Source: Perkinsus chesapeaki ATCC PRA-425
Lineage: Eukaryota > Protista > Perkinsozoa
NCBI GenBank assembly: GCA_013115145.1
Contig: JAAPAO010000189.1
Span: forward strand, 1 to 55,819
DNA: 55,819 bases
Reading direction: 5' to 3'
A program made the position numbers and the translations under genes. Under the pieces are notes generated by a model. That model was not told the DNA's origin, made no database searches, and worked only from the letters and a program-made list of their open reading frames with translations. Of this stretch, positions 34,351 through 47,278 are shown piece after piece; position 1 is the first letter of the stretch, and every line of letters starts with the position of its first letter.

Positions 34351-35397
34351 CTACTTTGTATTGGCGAAGCCAATACGAGACTCTTCCCAATTGTACAAAT
34401 AGTAATGCCCGAGCAGGACATTGACCCCAAGGATCCAAACATCGCTTTCGGCGAATCGTATATTGAGATAACAGACGCCGTCGATTTCATTAACCAAAGC
34501 GGCTGGCTCCAAATTGAGAGGGATCGGTTCATTTTGAACTCCCTTGAGGAGGAGACTAACCGTGGGGAGGTTGGTGACGTCGGAGCAGGCCAGGGTGTAC
34601 CTGTCGGAATCGAGGGTTATCGACACCGACTTCGTGAGGAGAAGGAGGATATCATCCCGGGCAGAATTCGGGATGTTGATGTGATTTATTGCGGCGCCGA
34701 GTAGGGCACGACCGGACACTACAAGTCGGTTTTGAGAATCGCCGAAATCCAGAGCAACTAGTTCAACGGCACCACTTTCGTCGATAACTTGAATGAATTG
34801 TAGTGGACCGTCGTACTTGGACGGATCTTCACCACCGAAAATAAGCTCCCCGGTGGGATTGCTGGCCAATGTTAAGTACAAGGAGGTCACAGTATTGTCG
34901 ATGAGGTTCTTAGCAAGCAGCTGTTGAGCTAACGTTGTGTAGGGCGCAATGTCTTCGGAAGGCCGCCCAATACCGATAGACGCCCAAGGTCCTGGGACGC
35001 CCCCAACAGATAGACCGAATGTTACATCACTGACAGAGAATTGGGGGAATGTGATATCACCGGAATGTTGGGCGATAATAACATGGAAACCATCGGCGAA
35101 ATAAAGGGTGCCAGTTGGTCCTGTGTTGCACGGCGCGGGGTTGCACCCGTAGCAGCCGAAAACTAAGTCATTACAGCCACCAGGGACAAGCTCTTCGAAC
35201 GCATCTTTCGACACGAAGAATAGCATCGGAGATTCGGCGTCAACAAAGGCGTTAATCTCGTTACCATCGGCGCCGAATTTGGCGTATATCTGACCGCAGG
35301 AGTCTTCGAGGCAAAGGGGGGAGCGGGAGACGTCAACTTTGAGAAGTCGTTGACCATAGACACCAACGAGAAGGGCGTTGAGAAGGGCGACTTTCAG
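34351..35397 (-). CDS. Pepsin-like (A1) aspartic protease homolog, secreted, catalytic motifs degenerate; apparent CTG in place of ATG
   Basis: Frame open from 35397: (CTG)KVALLNALLVGVYG... Pepsin landmarks GSIGIG-like ASIGIGRP, SLYL, GELIFGGEDPSKYDGPL, C, LPTVSL, WILGVNVL..YYLYNWEESRIGFA are present. DTGS appears as DAES and DTGT as GAAI. Confidence 0.85.
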   Translation of the reverse strand: MKVALLNALLVGVYGQRLLKVDVSRSPLCLEDSCGQIYAKFGADGNEINAFVDAESPMLFFVSKDAFEELVPGGCNDLVFGCYGCNPAPCNTGPTGTLYFADGFHVIIAQHSGDITFPQFSVSDVTFGLSVGGVPGPWASIGIGRPSEDIAPYTTLAQQLLAKNLIDNTVTSLYLTLASNPTGELIFGGEDPSKYDGPLQFIQVIDESGAVELVALDFGDSQNRLVVSGRALLGAAINHINIPNSARDDILLLLTKSVSITLDSDRYTLACSDVTNLPTVSLLLKGVQNEPIPLNLEPAALVNEIDGVCYLNIRFAESDVWILGVNVLLGHYYLYNWEESRIGFANTK

Positions 35398-36515
35398 CTT
35401 CGAAAGCTGAATTCAGCTTGAATCTTTAAGCTGTTAATTTACCTCGTTCAACCTAAGATGATTCTCTACATGTAAAGCTAGGCCTAGTGACCGACTCAAA
35501 GATAAGTGAATGAAAGATAACGTATCTACAAGCGACATCAAAACGATACGATGAGCGGTTAGCCAACGAGTAACAGGTGGACTAAGAATGAGATGAAACT
35601 AAATAGGTCTCGCTCGCCCTCATGCGACTCCAGGGATGTACGCATCTTCGGCTAAATATGTGCTTATTTGGATGAATGAACCATGAAGCATACTGTTACG
35701 TTGACAGCCAGCTTGAGGTTCACTAACTTCGAAGTACTTTTATCATGGGCGCTTGTGCTGGATTCAGCAGTTGTATTCTAGGCTGTCTATCATTTGTGTA
35801 ATGTGTCAGTCATTGCGCGGGAAGCTCCATATCTTAGCTAAACTTTAGTAGCTACACTACTAACTATTTATCAGTAATAACTTTGTAGAAGTTGTTGTAA
35901 TTATTTTACATCTTCTGTAAGATAGACGGTGGTTTGTTTTTAGTACTAATCATCAAAACCGTCATACGCTCTTTGAGGGAGCCTGTTTGTTTGAGGAAGT
36001 GGCAAAAAACTACATGGGCGAAGTCAGTCTGGGTTGTCCAGGCGGCCTACCGGAAAACGTGCTGAACGAAGGCAGCCGACTCGGGGCGAATGAGATGAAA
36101 CGACTCGAGTGGCGGGAACGATTGGCTCGGTGCGCGGCTTCCCGCTTTGCTAAAACCTCTGTACTATGCCGTGAGTCCTCTGCGCGCTCGGGGGGGGCGA
36201 GGGAACGCGCCCACACCGTGCGTGCAGGAAGCCATCGACCGCTTATAAGGGGGGCAAGCACGTTAAGCTAACTGTGCGGCAGGGTGATAATTTATCACTG
36301 ATTTATCACTTATTTACTTTACCACTGATAAAATAAATAAGTCCGAAATTAATGCTATTAGATTATTGCCGTGGGCCGGTAAAGCTGGTCCAACGCTTTA
36401 TCCTTTAGAGACGCTGATATGACCATGGTGAGCGATATACCGTTTCTGAATGTCATCGCAGACTGTTAGCTCAAACCGTACTCGTTTCATACAACAACAT
36501 CACACATCGGCACGT

Positions 36516-36902
36516 TCACTCATCTACCTTCTCTCTTTCTTCTGTAGAAGAATTAGAATCATTCCAGTTCTTGATCTTAGCCTCGGCTTGATCGCGTTTA
36601 TTATCATCATGAAAAGCTTGAAGCCATCCGTAGCCTTGTTTATGTCCCTTCTTGTTGTAAAGCGTTTGTCTGAATATTTGGCTGCACTTGGTGTCGCTGA
36701 CGCCCTGCCCTTGAAGATCACTCATCACTTGCAAATACTCTTGTTTAGATAGGGGAATGAAACTCTCAAAGTATCCGAAACCGTCATCAACTTTATCGCC
36801 TTGGATCACAGCCTTCTCGTCAACAACGTGTATGGTGAGGCGACTTCCACTATCTTTCTTTGCCTTGTATTCGTGCCTAATTTGCATATATTTACCTTTC
36901 AT
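36516..36902 (-). CDS. Hypothetical ORF or terminal exon (128 aa)
   Basis: Open, protein-like composition; upstream exon-like fragments to ~37470 do not splice cleanly. Confidence 0.35.
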   Translation of the reverse strand: MKGKYMQIRHEYKAKKDSGSRLTIHVVDEKAVIQGDKVDDGFGYFESFIPLSKQEYLQVMSDLQGQGVSDTKCSQIFRQTLYNKKGHKQGYGWLQAFHDDNKRDQAEAKIKNWNDSNSSTEEREKVDE

Positions 36903-39900
36903 GCATAGGCCTGCTTACGAGTAGCTAACTAAGTAACTTGATTGATCTGAGCCTTGCTTCGAAGTGAAACTGCTGGTCACTTGTGGGTTGCCATCAGCAG
37001 TAGCGTAAGACAATTCGAAATCCCAGATTGGTGAGGTGATCATGCAACTGTTCCGTCCACCTTTTTTGATAACCCCAACAACCTGACTCCATTGATACTT
37101 GGTGTATTCTCAGTAGCTTACGGTTTGATCTTCAAGTTTGGTATCAATTGGCCAAGATCCGCCCAGTCTGTGACCGCGATCTACATGACCCTGACACGGA
37201 AATTGCGTGAGATACAAGATTCTTCTTGAGTCCTGCTGAGTTTGCTATTTAGCAGTCGAAACGAGCGTCTAATCTCGGTGCAATATGCCGTCCATCGTTA
37301 TGAGCTTAATCAAAACCAAGCGACAAAAACATAATGTGTTAACATGATTCGCACCAAAACACGAAATGGCGTGATGCCTGCTCTTTGAGTGACTTACATT
37401 GTTCAGCATGCCGTGAGAGGCGTGAGAGCAGGTGAAGAGCCCGAGGAACGCGATGGGTTGCAGCAGCATTACAATTATCTGATACGGATCAATGGTGGAA
37501 AATCATAGAAGCTTTTTTCGAGCATACAAAATCGCATGCCCCAAATCGGGCTGGACGATTCCGCACTACGCCGCGTTGTGTTTTACATTCACATGGCATC
37601 ATGCCAGAACTTTACGTAGACGAAGGTTTAAAACCAAAGTGAACTTTTTGCACAGTGTTATTTCCTTGGTGTTGATTTGTTTTTTTTTCGTAAAATTTTC
37701 ATTTAACCTATTTTCCCGCTCTGTTCTATCCAGACATATGACATTGTAGCCTTGTGTTGTTAATTTACTGGATTCTGGTATCTATATTATTATCCCTATT
37801 GATTATGCGTTTAACAGTTAAGGTTCTAGAGACCAGTTTTGATATCGAAATCGGGAAGGGTTGCCAGCATGCCAGATGGCTTGGACTTGTTGCCGCTGAC
37901 AAGTGAGGACAACAGCGAATACTCCCACTATTATTTCGAATAACCGAGCATTGCTTTTTTATATGAATCTTTCACTAAAAGCTGCTACGGTGTGAAATGT
38001 TTGTAGAGTAAGCCACCGTCTCCGTATGCAGCTCATCTTTGGAATTGCCTTTTCACTAATATTTCGACACGTTCGCGCTCAGGCTAAACTAATCTTTTTG
38101 GAAGAAGTTTGGTTTCCTTCTCTAAATTCCGGAAGTGTATCGAAACCTTCTTGAGTCCTGTAACTTAGTCCACCGTCCATAGACACTATTACACTCAGTG
38201 TGCATTCTCTATGAACTTACTTCGAATTAAAGTGTCTGTGTGTAGACGCAAGTTTAAGTTGTGCTCATCGTAAGATACGCTGAGCTTACAAGCGCTACCG
38301 CAGCATTCCTCATACCAACATTGGTTAAGACTAACGACGGTCGAGTCATCAAACCTAGACAAGCCATTTCGGAAATGGCTGCTGACGGAGGTGATCATTA
38401 CCTTTAAATAGTAAATGATAGGAGACGAGATATGGAACGAATGCCGAGGGATAGGGCAAGGCTCTACTCTAATCACACACACAGGAATGTTATAAGCTGT
38501 AACTCATTGCGATTCCTCTTTTTTTGAAGGAACGGGTGATCATTTCTGTCACCGACTTCCGTGATAGAACAAGACAAACGCTGGAGGGATTTCAGTCAGT
38601 TGCAGAATCCTTACAGGAATGGTCTTGATAATCTGTTGAACACGAAATCATACAAGTATTCAGAAACTTTATTTCGTATTAAGCCAAATATTTGCTTCAT
38701 TTATTTTCACAATGTAGTCTGATTATTATGATGTTATGTTTAAGATACTATCATAGTCGATTTGTCCATTCGAGGAGACGTGCTGGCTAAAGCTATCAAC
38801 TCCGATCACAGCCCGTAAGACACTACGAGAAGACGTGGGTTCAAATACTTCCAACGGCATTAGTTACCCACACCTCAAGCCAGCCGCGGGAGGCTCGGCA
38901 AAAGTGTTCGAAACCCTTGGTGTTGATGACAATGAGTCTAGACGACTGACGGAATGGAGAGAAGTAACTACTCTTGTGTTGACAAACTCAGCACTTGGAC
39001 TTTATTGGTAACCAATAAAGTCAAACAAATATTTTAACGTTGAATAATCGAATAATGACAAGGTTAAGCCGGAATCGGTATGAAGCTATAAACTTATCAA
39101 CACAAATCCAGATAGTTCAAAAAGAATTTAGGAATGACGGATCGGCGCATATCACAGCCGTTGAATATATGCAGTATAAAATGAAACCGCATGATTGAAG
39201 ACTCTGGGACGTAATCCCTTCAGGAAGCTTACGGCCCCAAGTCCGGTCTGATCAAATGCTTGATAAGATGGATACCGGGCAGAAATCGCTCCGATGAACC
39301 GCCAACTAAAGTAAGGATGACAACACTGGGAGTCTACAAATCTCTTCAGCACCGATTCATATTGTCCCTTTCTTCTTATTTCTCAGGTTGTCGGTCACTA
39401 TATGGTTCATGAGAAATGGCTCCCTCTCTACCCCCAGGTTGAATTTGGAGGGCCTTTTGAAATACCCTTGAAGCCACTCGATGCCGGTGATGGCGCTGGC
39501 TATCACTGGGTGAGATAAAAGAGAAATCCCGACTCCTCTTTTACCGCAGCTTTAGGACGCAATTCTGAGAGGACCACCGGGAACTGCCGTGTTCAAGGTG
39601 AGCCTCTGTGACCGAGTTGATCTGATATGTCGGTTATATTAATGGCCTGAATAAAATGAATGTTTGATAATCACTATTACTGATTCTCTGCATTATTGCT
39701 GACTACTCTTAGCCTTTCACGATCCTCGACCATTTGAGAGGGGGGGGCATCAATAGTTGTGAATCTCTTCCCGACTTCTGTACAGCACTGGGCCATTCAA
39801 CATCACTTCATGATACATAGTAGCAAAAGCCGGAGGAAGATTATATACACGTTTACACTTTAGCTTAGTCATTATCCTATTGATACTACTAGCACTAGGT

Positions 39901-40499
39901 TAGATGACGGAGACAATACAGTAGTTGTGTCACTGAGACTATCATGCCTTCGATTGCATCGAGAAGTCGTCAGACTACAAAATGGAAATACATTTCGCAA
40001 ATCCGGGAGATTAGATAACATATATGATAGATCCGGCACAGTACGAGGCGATAACTAACGGATTCAATTTTCCAGTTCGTGCTTCCTGATGGAACGAAAG
40101 TGATATGTGAAAGTCTTCCTGTGATCGGAAATGAAGATGATGAGCCACAGAATATACTTGAGTTCAAATGGGATGTAAGCTTCATTGGGATAAAGCTGCG
40201 GGAATCTTTATAGTGCGCAATTGAAGATACGCATTCGGAATGAGTCATAGAAAGCAGCAAATTAATAACTATAAGGTTTAAAACTATTTGAAACTCAGAG
40301 GTTATCCAGCTCAGGGACTTTTGCTAACCCTGATTGCATCTATTGAACATGATGGTTCAGAACTAAGTTCTGAATCTGTGACTCACCAAATCGAGAATAA
40401 TCTTAAACCGTTCCGTGTAAGCATTGAAATTTTCAAGCTTTTCAATCTAAAATGCTATTAGAATACTACTAGTATTCAGATAGACATTAGCCTAAACTA

Positions 40500-41400
40500 T
40501 GGCTTGCGGGTATGAGATACCATGCCGGGTACCATTAGTATGATCATCAGCCCCACAGAAATGTGTTCCTTGGGAATAGAGAAACTTTGTGGAGGTGAAG
40601 TAACAGCAAATGCATTCCTTCTGGGAATAGTTGATACTTTATGTCACAGGGCACCAACTGCGGTTTGGAGCCTCCAAATCCCAGGTGCCCTCTATCATGA
40701 AATAATACGCCGTTTGGTTCAGCATTTCTTAGAGTCCCCAACTTTCATCTGAAACTAAGCGCCGCGGTGGATGAATTGAGTCCATGAAGCCAAGTAGTGG
40801 AATTTCTTGCTCTTGAAGGAATAAGATATCTCATCCCAATGTATCATCATCTTCGTAACTGCACATCCCCCGAAATTGAGATATGCTATATCCAGTTGAA
40901 TGTTCTCATTCTCAACAAGAACACTTTACAATTGGCATCTTCTCGGCTCTAGTTAGTCGGGGGAACTCGCTATCACACGAACTGATATGATTGTGCCCAG
41001 GCGGCCGTCTGTGATGAACCCGATATGGACGAAATCGACAAGGCAACGAGCGCGAGCAGCGGTGGAGCTGATGTGAGTTGGACTTCGACAAATGCACGCT
41101 CTTGGTGGCTCGGTTGCTATTTTTTGAGTGGCGATGAATGACTTTTATTGACCCTACATTCCATTCGTAGGTGATAGATACTTCAGATTGAGAATTTCTG
41201 TTCATTTTAATGAGTTTGACTTTCGTGAACTTGCAAGGAACATTATATGTGATACTTCTGGTGACTTTGCAATTACTATATCGACAAAAATAAAGTTTTC
41301 TGTCCAACTTGTCGTATGCCGTGTTCATCCAGAAAGACCCTCGATTCATTGAAGATTGGGAGAAGTTGAAGCTGTCGTGGTTGAATACGGAGGAACGAAC
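40500..41400 (-). pseudogene. Probable degraded secreted-protein gene
   Basis: ORF 40912-41349 extends upstream into a hydrophobic stretch with no ATG; downstream frames broken by stops. Confidence 0.3.
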
Positions 41401-44400
41401 AAAGGTTAAAGTAACGTTTAGTAGTTTACTCTGAACAGCGACTTGACGTGAATATAGCTTTTTAATTATTACTTATTTCGTCGTCTCGTCTTTTCAGGAT
41501 GTACTTGTGGAGTTTTATGACGCACTAATCGACCTTTTTGATTCCTATGCTTTCATGGGCGTTGACGGTAAGCCTTTGGAAACGTATCTGCACCTACAAA
41601 GTGTTCGTCTACATGCCATTGCAGCAAATTCCGGGACATCTCAAATGAGTGGGTTTCCTCTGAGCTAACAGTTAGTCTATTGTTGGGTGTCACCCCCGCT
41701 GGCTGTGCCTTTACGATACAGTCAAGTATTGCAATCATCACTATAGATTTGCCGCAAATTACGGCTCTATTTGTGATAAGTGTAAAGTGAGACAGTCAGC
41801 TTCGTCACTGATTGTTTACTATCAGTTTTGTTACTTTAATCATAATAAACTGACAAGAAAAATGACTTAAGTACTTATTAGTAATCCTAGTGAGTTATTA
41901 GGAGGAGAAGGCAACCGCGAAGGAGAGGGATCTTCTGAGGGGAATACTATCGGTGTCGACGACTTCAAGCATCTTCTGGTGAAATTACCTCTTCCCTATT
42001 AAATATCATCTGTAACACCTCAGATGGAATGCTCGTTACTCGACTCGTCAAATGTGCTCAACTGGGGTGATGTGAAGCTCTGGCTTGTCGAGATGAATCC
42101 TGCACTCTTCTCGATGGGAAGAGCTTGCCTGCAGCAGAGGCTTGAAAGGTATCACGAACTCTCGCAGTTTCCAGCAGACGCGCCTTTCACGATTTAATCA
42201 CTACCAGTCACGTTGTACGCTTGTTATCCAGCTGGGGTTAGTGCCCCAGGAGGTACCCAGCACTCGAATCTCAAACAAAGATTCTTAGTCTTGTTTTTTT
42301 GTGAAAAAATTAGTCTTTGACTCCTTGGGGTAGTTCTCAACAAACTGGGCAATAGGAATATGATTCTCACTCAAAGGAGAGTACCACAGTAGAAGTAGGT
42401 TAAGAAAACAGGACTTGTGTAGACATCAGAGATTCTTATGGTCGCCTACACCTATAGGACTATGAACCTATCACCCCAATATGAGCAGGTCTGGTAAAAT
42501 TGAGAGTTTATTCTCGCACCTATTCGAGCTGTGACCATCCTTGATGGGAATTTTAGTCAGTCCAGCATGCCTCAAAATATATGACAGACATACGTTGGCG
42601 AGGATATCACATTTTAAGAACCGAAATTCCCATATTTGCATGTTTTGCTAGAACAGTTATACGCAGTTTGCCCGAAAGAATTAGAATTTTCGTTTTCTTC
42701 GCGAGTGCGTAGTGATACGAACAGCAGTTAAATCGCTTTGTGATTTGCTGGGGGAATATTAGCGATCAACTGTCTCCGCTCCGGCCGCAGTCTGACTGAG
42801 TCTGTCTTATTAGACTAACAAACTAATATTTCAATACTGCTGCAGGTATCAATATCTCGAGCTCTTGGTGAAATCAGCTACTAAAGTTTACGGTACGCTA
42901 TTATAAAATAGGAATCATTTGCTGGAATGATTTTTAGGGGGAGAAGGTGGCGTGGAAGATGCAGTCTTTGGTTTCATAAGGGACGTTCTTCTACCTGTTA
43001 TGGATGCGTAAACGACTGTTGGGTATAAGTAGACTAACTAGTATTCAGTATTATTGGCTTATTACACTAATCTAAACTTAGTCTGGTCCAATGACTGAGT
43101 CATCACGACTCCAATTTGCTTTCTATGTACACCCTTAGAAAGTTTGCCTAAGACCCTGTGCTATAACTGTTACTGTATGGTTGACCCGAAAAAGTATCAT
43201 CGTGGAGATCACTCTCAAGTTAATTGTGAAGTCGATTGTCTAGTATACACCAGTATTGTCACAGAACTTCTGTGCCGATGACGAGTGTATGCTCTCTCTA
43301 CAGATACGACGATGATTATATCCGGAAGCTCGCAGTAGAGAAAGACAACCTTATTGTTCTGCAGATGGTCAGATTTTCAATATCCTTGCAAGATTCGGAA
43401 TCCACTTCCATTAGGTGCGTGCCAAGTTTCGTTCGCTGCATTCATTACTCCAGCGCCCATGGGCGTATGAAGATGACGAAATGCTGGTGGCACCGGATGA
43501 CCTCAAGTGAGATCAAGATCTCTAGGCCATTTGAGCAGTTTGAGGCCAAGTGGTGCGGTAAATTATCTCCCTAGAAAATTTCATCCTACTATCGTAAGTC
43601 ATCGTAAGTATCTAACCGTTTCTTATACCATGCTTGCGGGCGAGTAGCGCCGCAGATTCTGCGCCGATACTGAATCCTTTGAACCTCTATCATACGCATC
43701 GCCTTAAAACTAATGATTCACTGCGAGTAGCTGAGATTCTGCGAAGGAGACTCACTGGCATATTGTAACCTTAAGGAAGACTTGAAGGTGTATTCTCGCT
43801 ACACATATAATATTGAGACATCCACTTTGATTCTACCGCCTTATGTGACATTGTGTAGATTCGTTCTAAAGAGCTGCATTGAGGCCTACTTCACAGCAGA
43901 TGGTGAGATATTCTCTCGAAAATATATCTGAATGCTCAACATTGACAGATGACGAGAATGATCTACAAGCTGCAGATGGATCGCGCAAGGCAGATATATT
44001 AGGAATAGGAGAGAAGCTTGAACCAGAGCATGTCGAGACGATGCTGGAAGTAAATCTTTCATCGCGGAAGCGCAGAAAAAGACACCCATTCAAATGCATT
44101 CACCAATTGCCAATTTTTGGGACCTTAACGAAAACAATGGCAACTTTTATGCTTTCAAGTCGTGCCAGAGCAAGCTAGAAATCTCCGGAATTCCCATCGA
44201 CGATCGAAATCTTCAAATCGGAGTATCACAATAATCTGTCCCTGGGCGTGACACTGTCACGGTGACAGTTTGGGCAAACAGCAGCATGCTATGCTTTCTA
44301 CAACTAGCTACCAGTGGCGACGAACCTTCAAGTTATGGCATCCCTAGCGGTCCCACTATTAGCGGACAGCTGGCGTACTGATCGCTGAGCTCTGCTATCG

Positions 44401-45471
44401 CAGGTATTTGACGGCCTTGTTGGTGATATCCTTAACAAGCGTGCTGCGGATACTGATAAGTCTGCTATGTAAGAGACGTTATTCGGAATATCTTATTCCT
44501 TAAATGATTCATCTGATGATTTATTGCATAATTTTTCAACGGTTCAGGTATTTTTGGGATTTCTTCGAGCTTCTCATGTATCTGTGTGATTCTATTAAGA
44601 GTACGATTCCTTTGCATGAAGCCATTCCTAAGGCTATCAACACTATGACAGCGATGGTTGGTCATATGACTGCAAACGGAGTTGACCTACCCAGGTAGGC
44701 CTACAATTTCCGCTGAGCTTACGGTGGTCGATTTTGTCACACGTTTGGTTTATTTTGCCGAACATTCTATTAAGTAGAAATCGAAGTCCTGTAGAATATT
44801 TTCTGTCGAAACTCTTAATTGTTGACGCATTTCGGACGCAAATGTCTACAGCGGTGCATTGTAGTATGAACCAAACCGTGACACGTTATTCAAAAAGCAC
44901 ACCAAACTTGAGAGTCTCAAATTGAGACATAATACATAGTGACTCTATAGTGGACTTCATTATTAATGAAGTCTACGATCACGGTAGTCGGCGGCTAGTC
45001 GTGATAATCTGCTTCCCTCACACTGTATGTAGGCTCTCATCCCAACCGACGAAATGGAACGATAATAACAGTTGCGTTTAACTGCAACGTTTAAACACTT
45101 GAGCTTTCAATTTATCTAACTTTTCCTTTGAACTCTTAAACTGCGACATCTTAAGCTTTCAGCCGGGAAGGATCCGAGATTGAGTATCCTTTAAACGAGA
45201 GTAATGAGGAAGTGCTTTGAATCAGCATTATTGACTGCATGCCAACGTACGTGCTTCCGAAGTATGCGTTGTTGTGTTCGATCCGAGTTGGGGTAATTAT
45301 TAACTTGTTCGCTTAGACCAGTCGTCAGTCACGAATGTGAACACTGTGTAAAACCCACAACAATATTGGTATCATATGAAGGATTCATGATAAAGGAGTG
45401 CCGAGTTAACTCACCTGAATGGGTCACCCAAGTCAACTCCTAAGGTTGTGGCGGCCTAAGTCACTCCCAAT

Positions 45472-45577
45472 GTTCATTAAACCAATTCTGAGATTCAGAA
45501 TCGATTCCAGCATCGCATTTTACGTGTAAAAAGCAGTTCTGGAATCGATTCTGAATTTCAATATCGGTTTATTGAAC
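45472..45577. repeat. 106-bp fold-back (39-bp arms), MITE-like
   Basis: 45472-45510 GTTCATTAAACCAATTCTGAGATTCAGAATCGATTCCAG vs reverse complement of 45539-45577: 5 mismatches; inner 18 bp perfect. Confidence 0.8.
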
Positions 45578-46855
45578 GATCCCACTGGCGCTCGAAGCGG
45601 TCGTTTATGTAGAGTTTTCACCAATCTCGCTTGTGGCCGCGCGATCTATACAAGCATAAGATGAAACGTGAGCTCTGTTCCTTATCGCAACTATTCATCG
45701 TAATAATAGAGCAATAAATGACAAATTCCGTTGCAACTTTGCGTAACAGTTGTTGGACCCCTTCTATAGAGGTCCAACATCTAAGTTCCAGGCTGAAAAC
45801 AAATTTCCATCCAGATTAGTTTCGTTGATGAACTCTATATTTTATACAAGGAGTGCCAAACCTTTCCGCAACATATTGCATGATGAAGTAGTAATGGTAA
45901 TTGCAATAATATACCTACACCCTCATGCTTTCACCACAGCCTTTCACCACAGCCTGATGTGATGACATGATAACCTCAGTAGTCTCATAATCTCAGTAAG
46001 ACTCTACTTCACAACGGCTTACCGAGGGTTGGGCGATTTCGGAAGATATGTGTTCCAGACACGGTTTTTTCCAACACTTCTACGGTAGGAGTCCTACCGA
46101 GCGCGGTCTTGGTTAATTTTAAAGGCATTTTATTATCACTTTTTTACCAAATGAAGTATGAAAACGAGCTTGTTTTTGGAGTGTCCCCGCTATGAGCTGT
46201 TAGAGACCGTATCACTCCACCCAACCACTGGTGTTCAGTCACTGAACTTCAGTGCCTTTGGTTACCCTACACATCACGTAAAGTAATTCATGATTTCAGC
46301 TTGCCAGACCCTCTCGAAAAAATTCCCCCTATTCAGTCAGGTGTTTTTGGTAGAATTGGCGGGTGAAGGCTAAAAATCCCGTCATCACGGGTTGAGCCTT
46401 CCCCGCCGATCATTTTCAGTTTTTTTCTCAGATCTGCATTGCCGTGTTATCAGTGTTACGAATTCGGCGAACTCACAACTTTAGTAGCACCAAGTTATCT
46501 CATTCGGGCCAACTCTGGCGAGAGTCATACGTCTTGGCTTTCGCGCTCACTGTCGTAACAGGCGTCTAGCAGTATCGCTTTTGGTCGACCGCTTGTGGTC
46601 CAACTCTACATATGATTTCAAGGATCTTTGGAGTCTCAGCTTATAATGAACGTCGTCTATCCTAGGGAATCTTTGCAAAGGTACCTTGTGTTTTGTTTTC
46701 TCACTAGAGTAAGGTGGTTCCTTCGAATTAGATATCATAAAACTCAACAGTTGCACGAAGCTAAGCAATTGAAATAATGTGGTCTATCCGAGACTTTGTT
46801 AATAGCACCAACGTAACTAAGCTCTCCCCAGTGGTACGAGTGAGCACGTATTTTC

Positions 46856-47278
46856 TCAAGTCTTTTCCAACATAATCTTATAGCCATCTCCATACGTGCT
46901 ATAGGCAAGCCCTGGCACTTCCTGGTAGAAGTTTGAGAAGTCTCCATACGTGAAGTTGCGACCAGGACAGTCAGTATTCAACTGATCTATCATCATCTCC
47001 ATCAGTTCTCTATCATCTTCTTCACCATTCACAGTATAATTCATCCCATGCGTACCAGGGAATTCCTCCACCCCCACCAGGGCACGGGATGGAGGTTTAG
47101 TTTTATCACAGGTGATACTCATATCGACGTCCGCATCATAAGGATGAGGATAGGGTTTTTGAAATGTACAATTAAAGAACAAGTAAGGGTCTGCTATCAG
47201 CCCTGTATAGATACCGTCAGGGTACACGGCATCACAGTGAGACAGCAGCCAGATGAAGAGTGTAGTGTAGAACAGCAT
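46856..47278 (-). CDS. Intronless secreted hypothetical protein (140 aa)
   Basis: Signal MLFYTTLFIWLLSHCDA followed by VYPDGIYTG; Cys pairs and N-glycosylation sequons. Confidence 0.8.
   Translation of the reverse strand: MLFYTTLFIWLLSHCDAVYPDGIYTGLIADPYLFFNCTFQKPYPHPYDADVDMSITCDKTKPPSRALVGVEEFPGTHGMNYTVNGEEDDRELMEMMIDQLNTDCPGRNFTYGDFSNFYQEVPGLAYSTYGDGYKIMLEKT

Noticed and set aside
37140-37200. DRGHRLGGS, resembling a non-specific endonuclease motif (also DRGHLGFGGS at ~40690)
   Set aside because: Short motif in broken frames; downstream Asn/Gln residues not convincingly placed.
38500-38700. Minus frame with several TGA-only stops (possible TGA=Trp organellar insert)
   Set aside because: No resemblance to mitochondrial proteins; another frame reads as well; VPS25 in this window ends in TGA.
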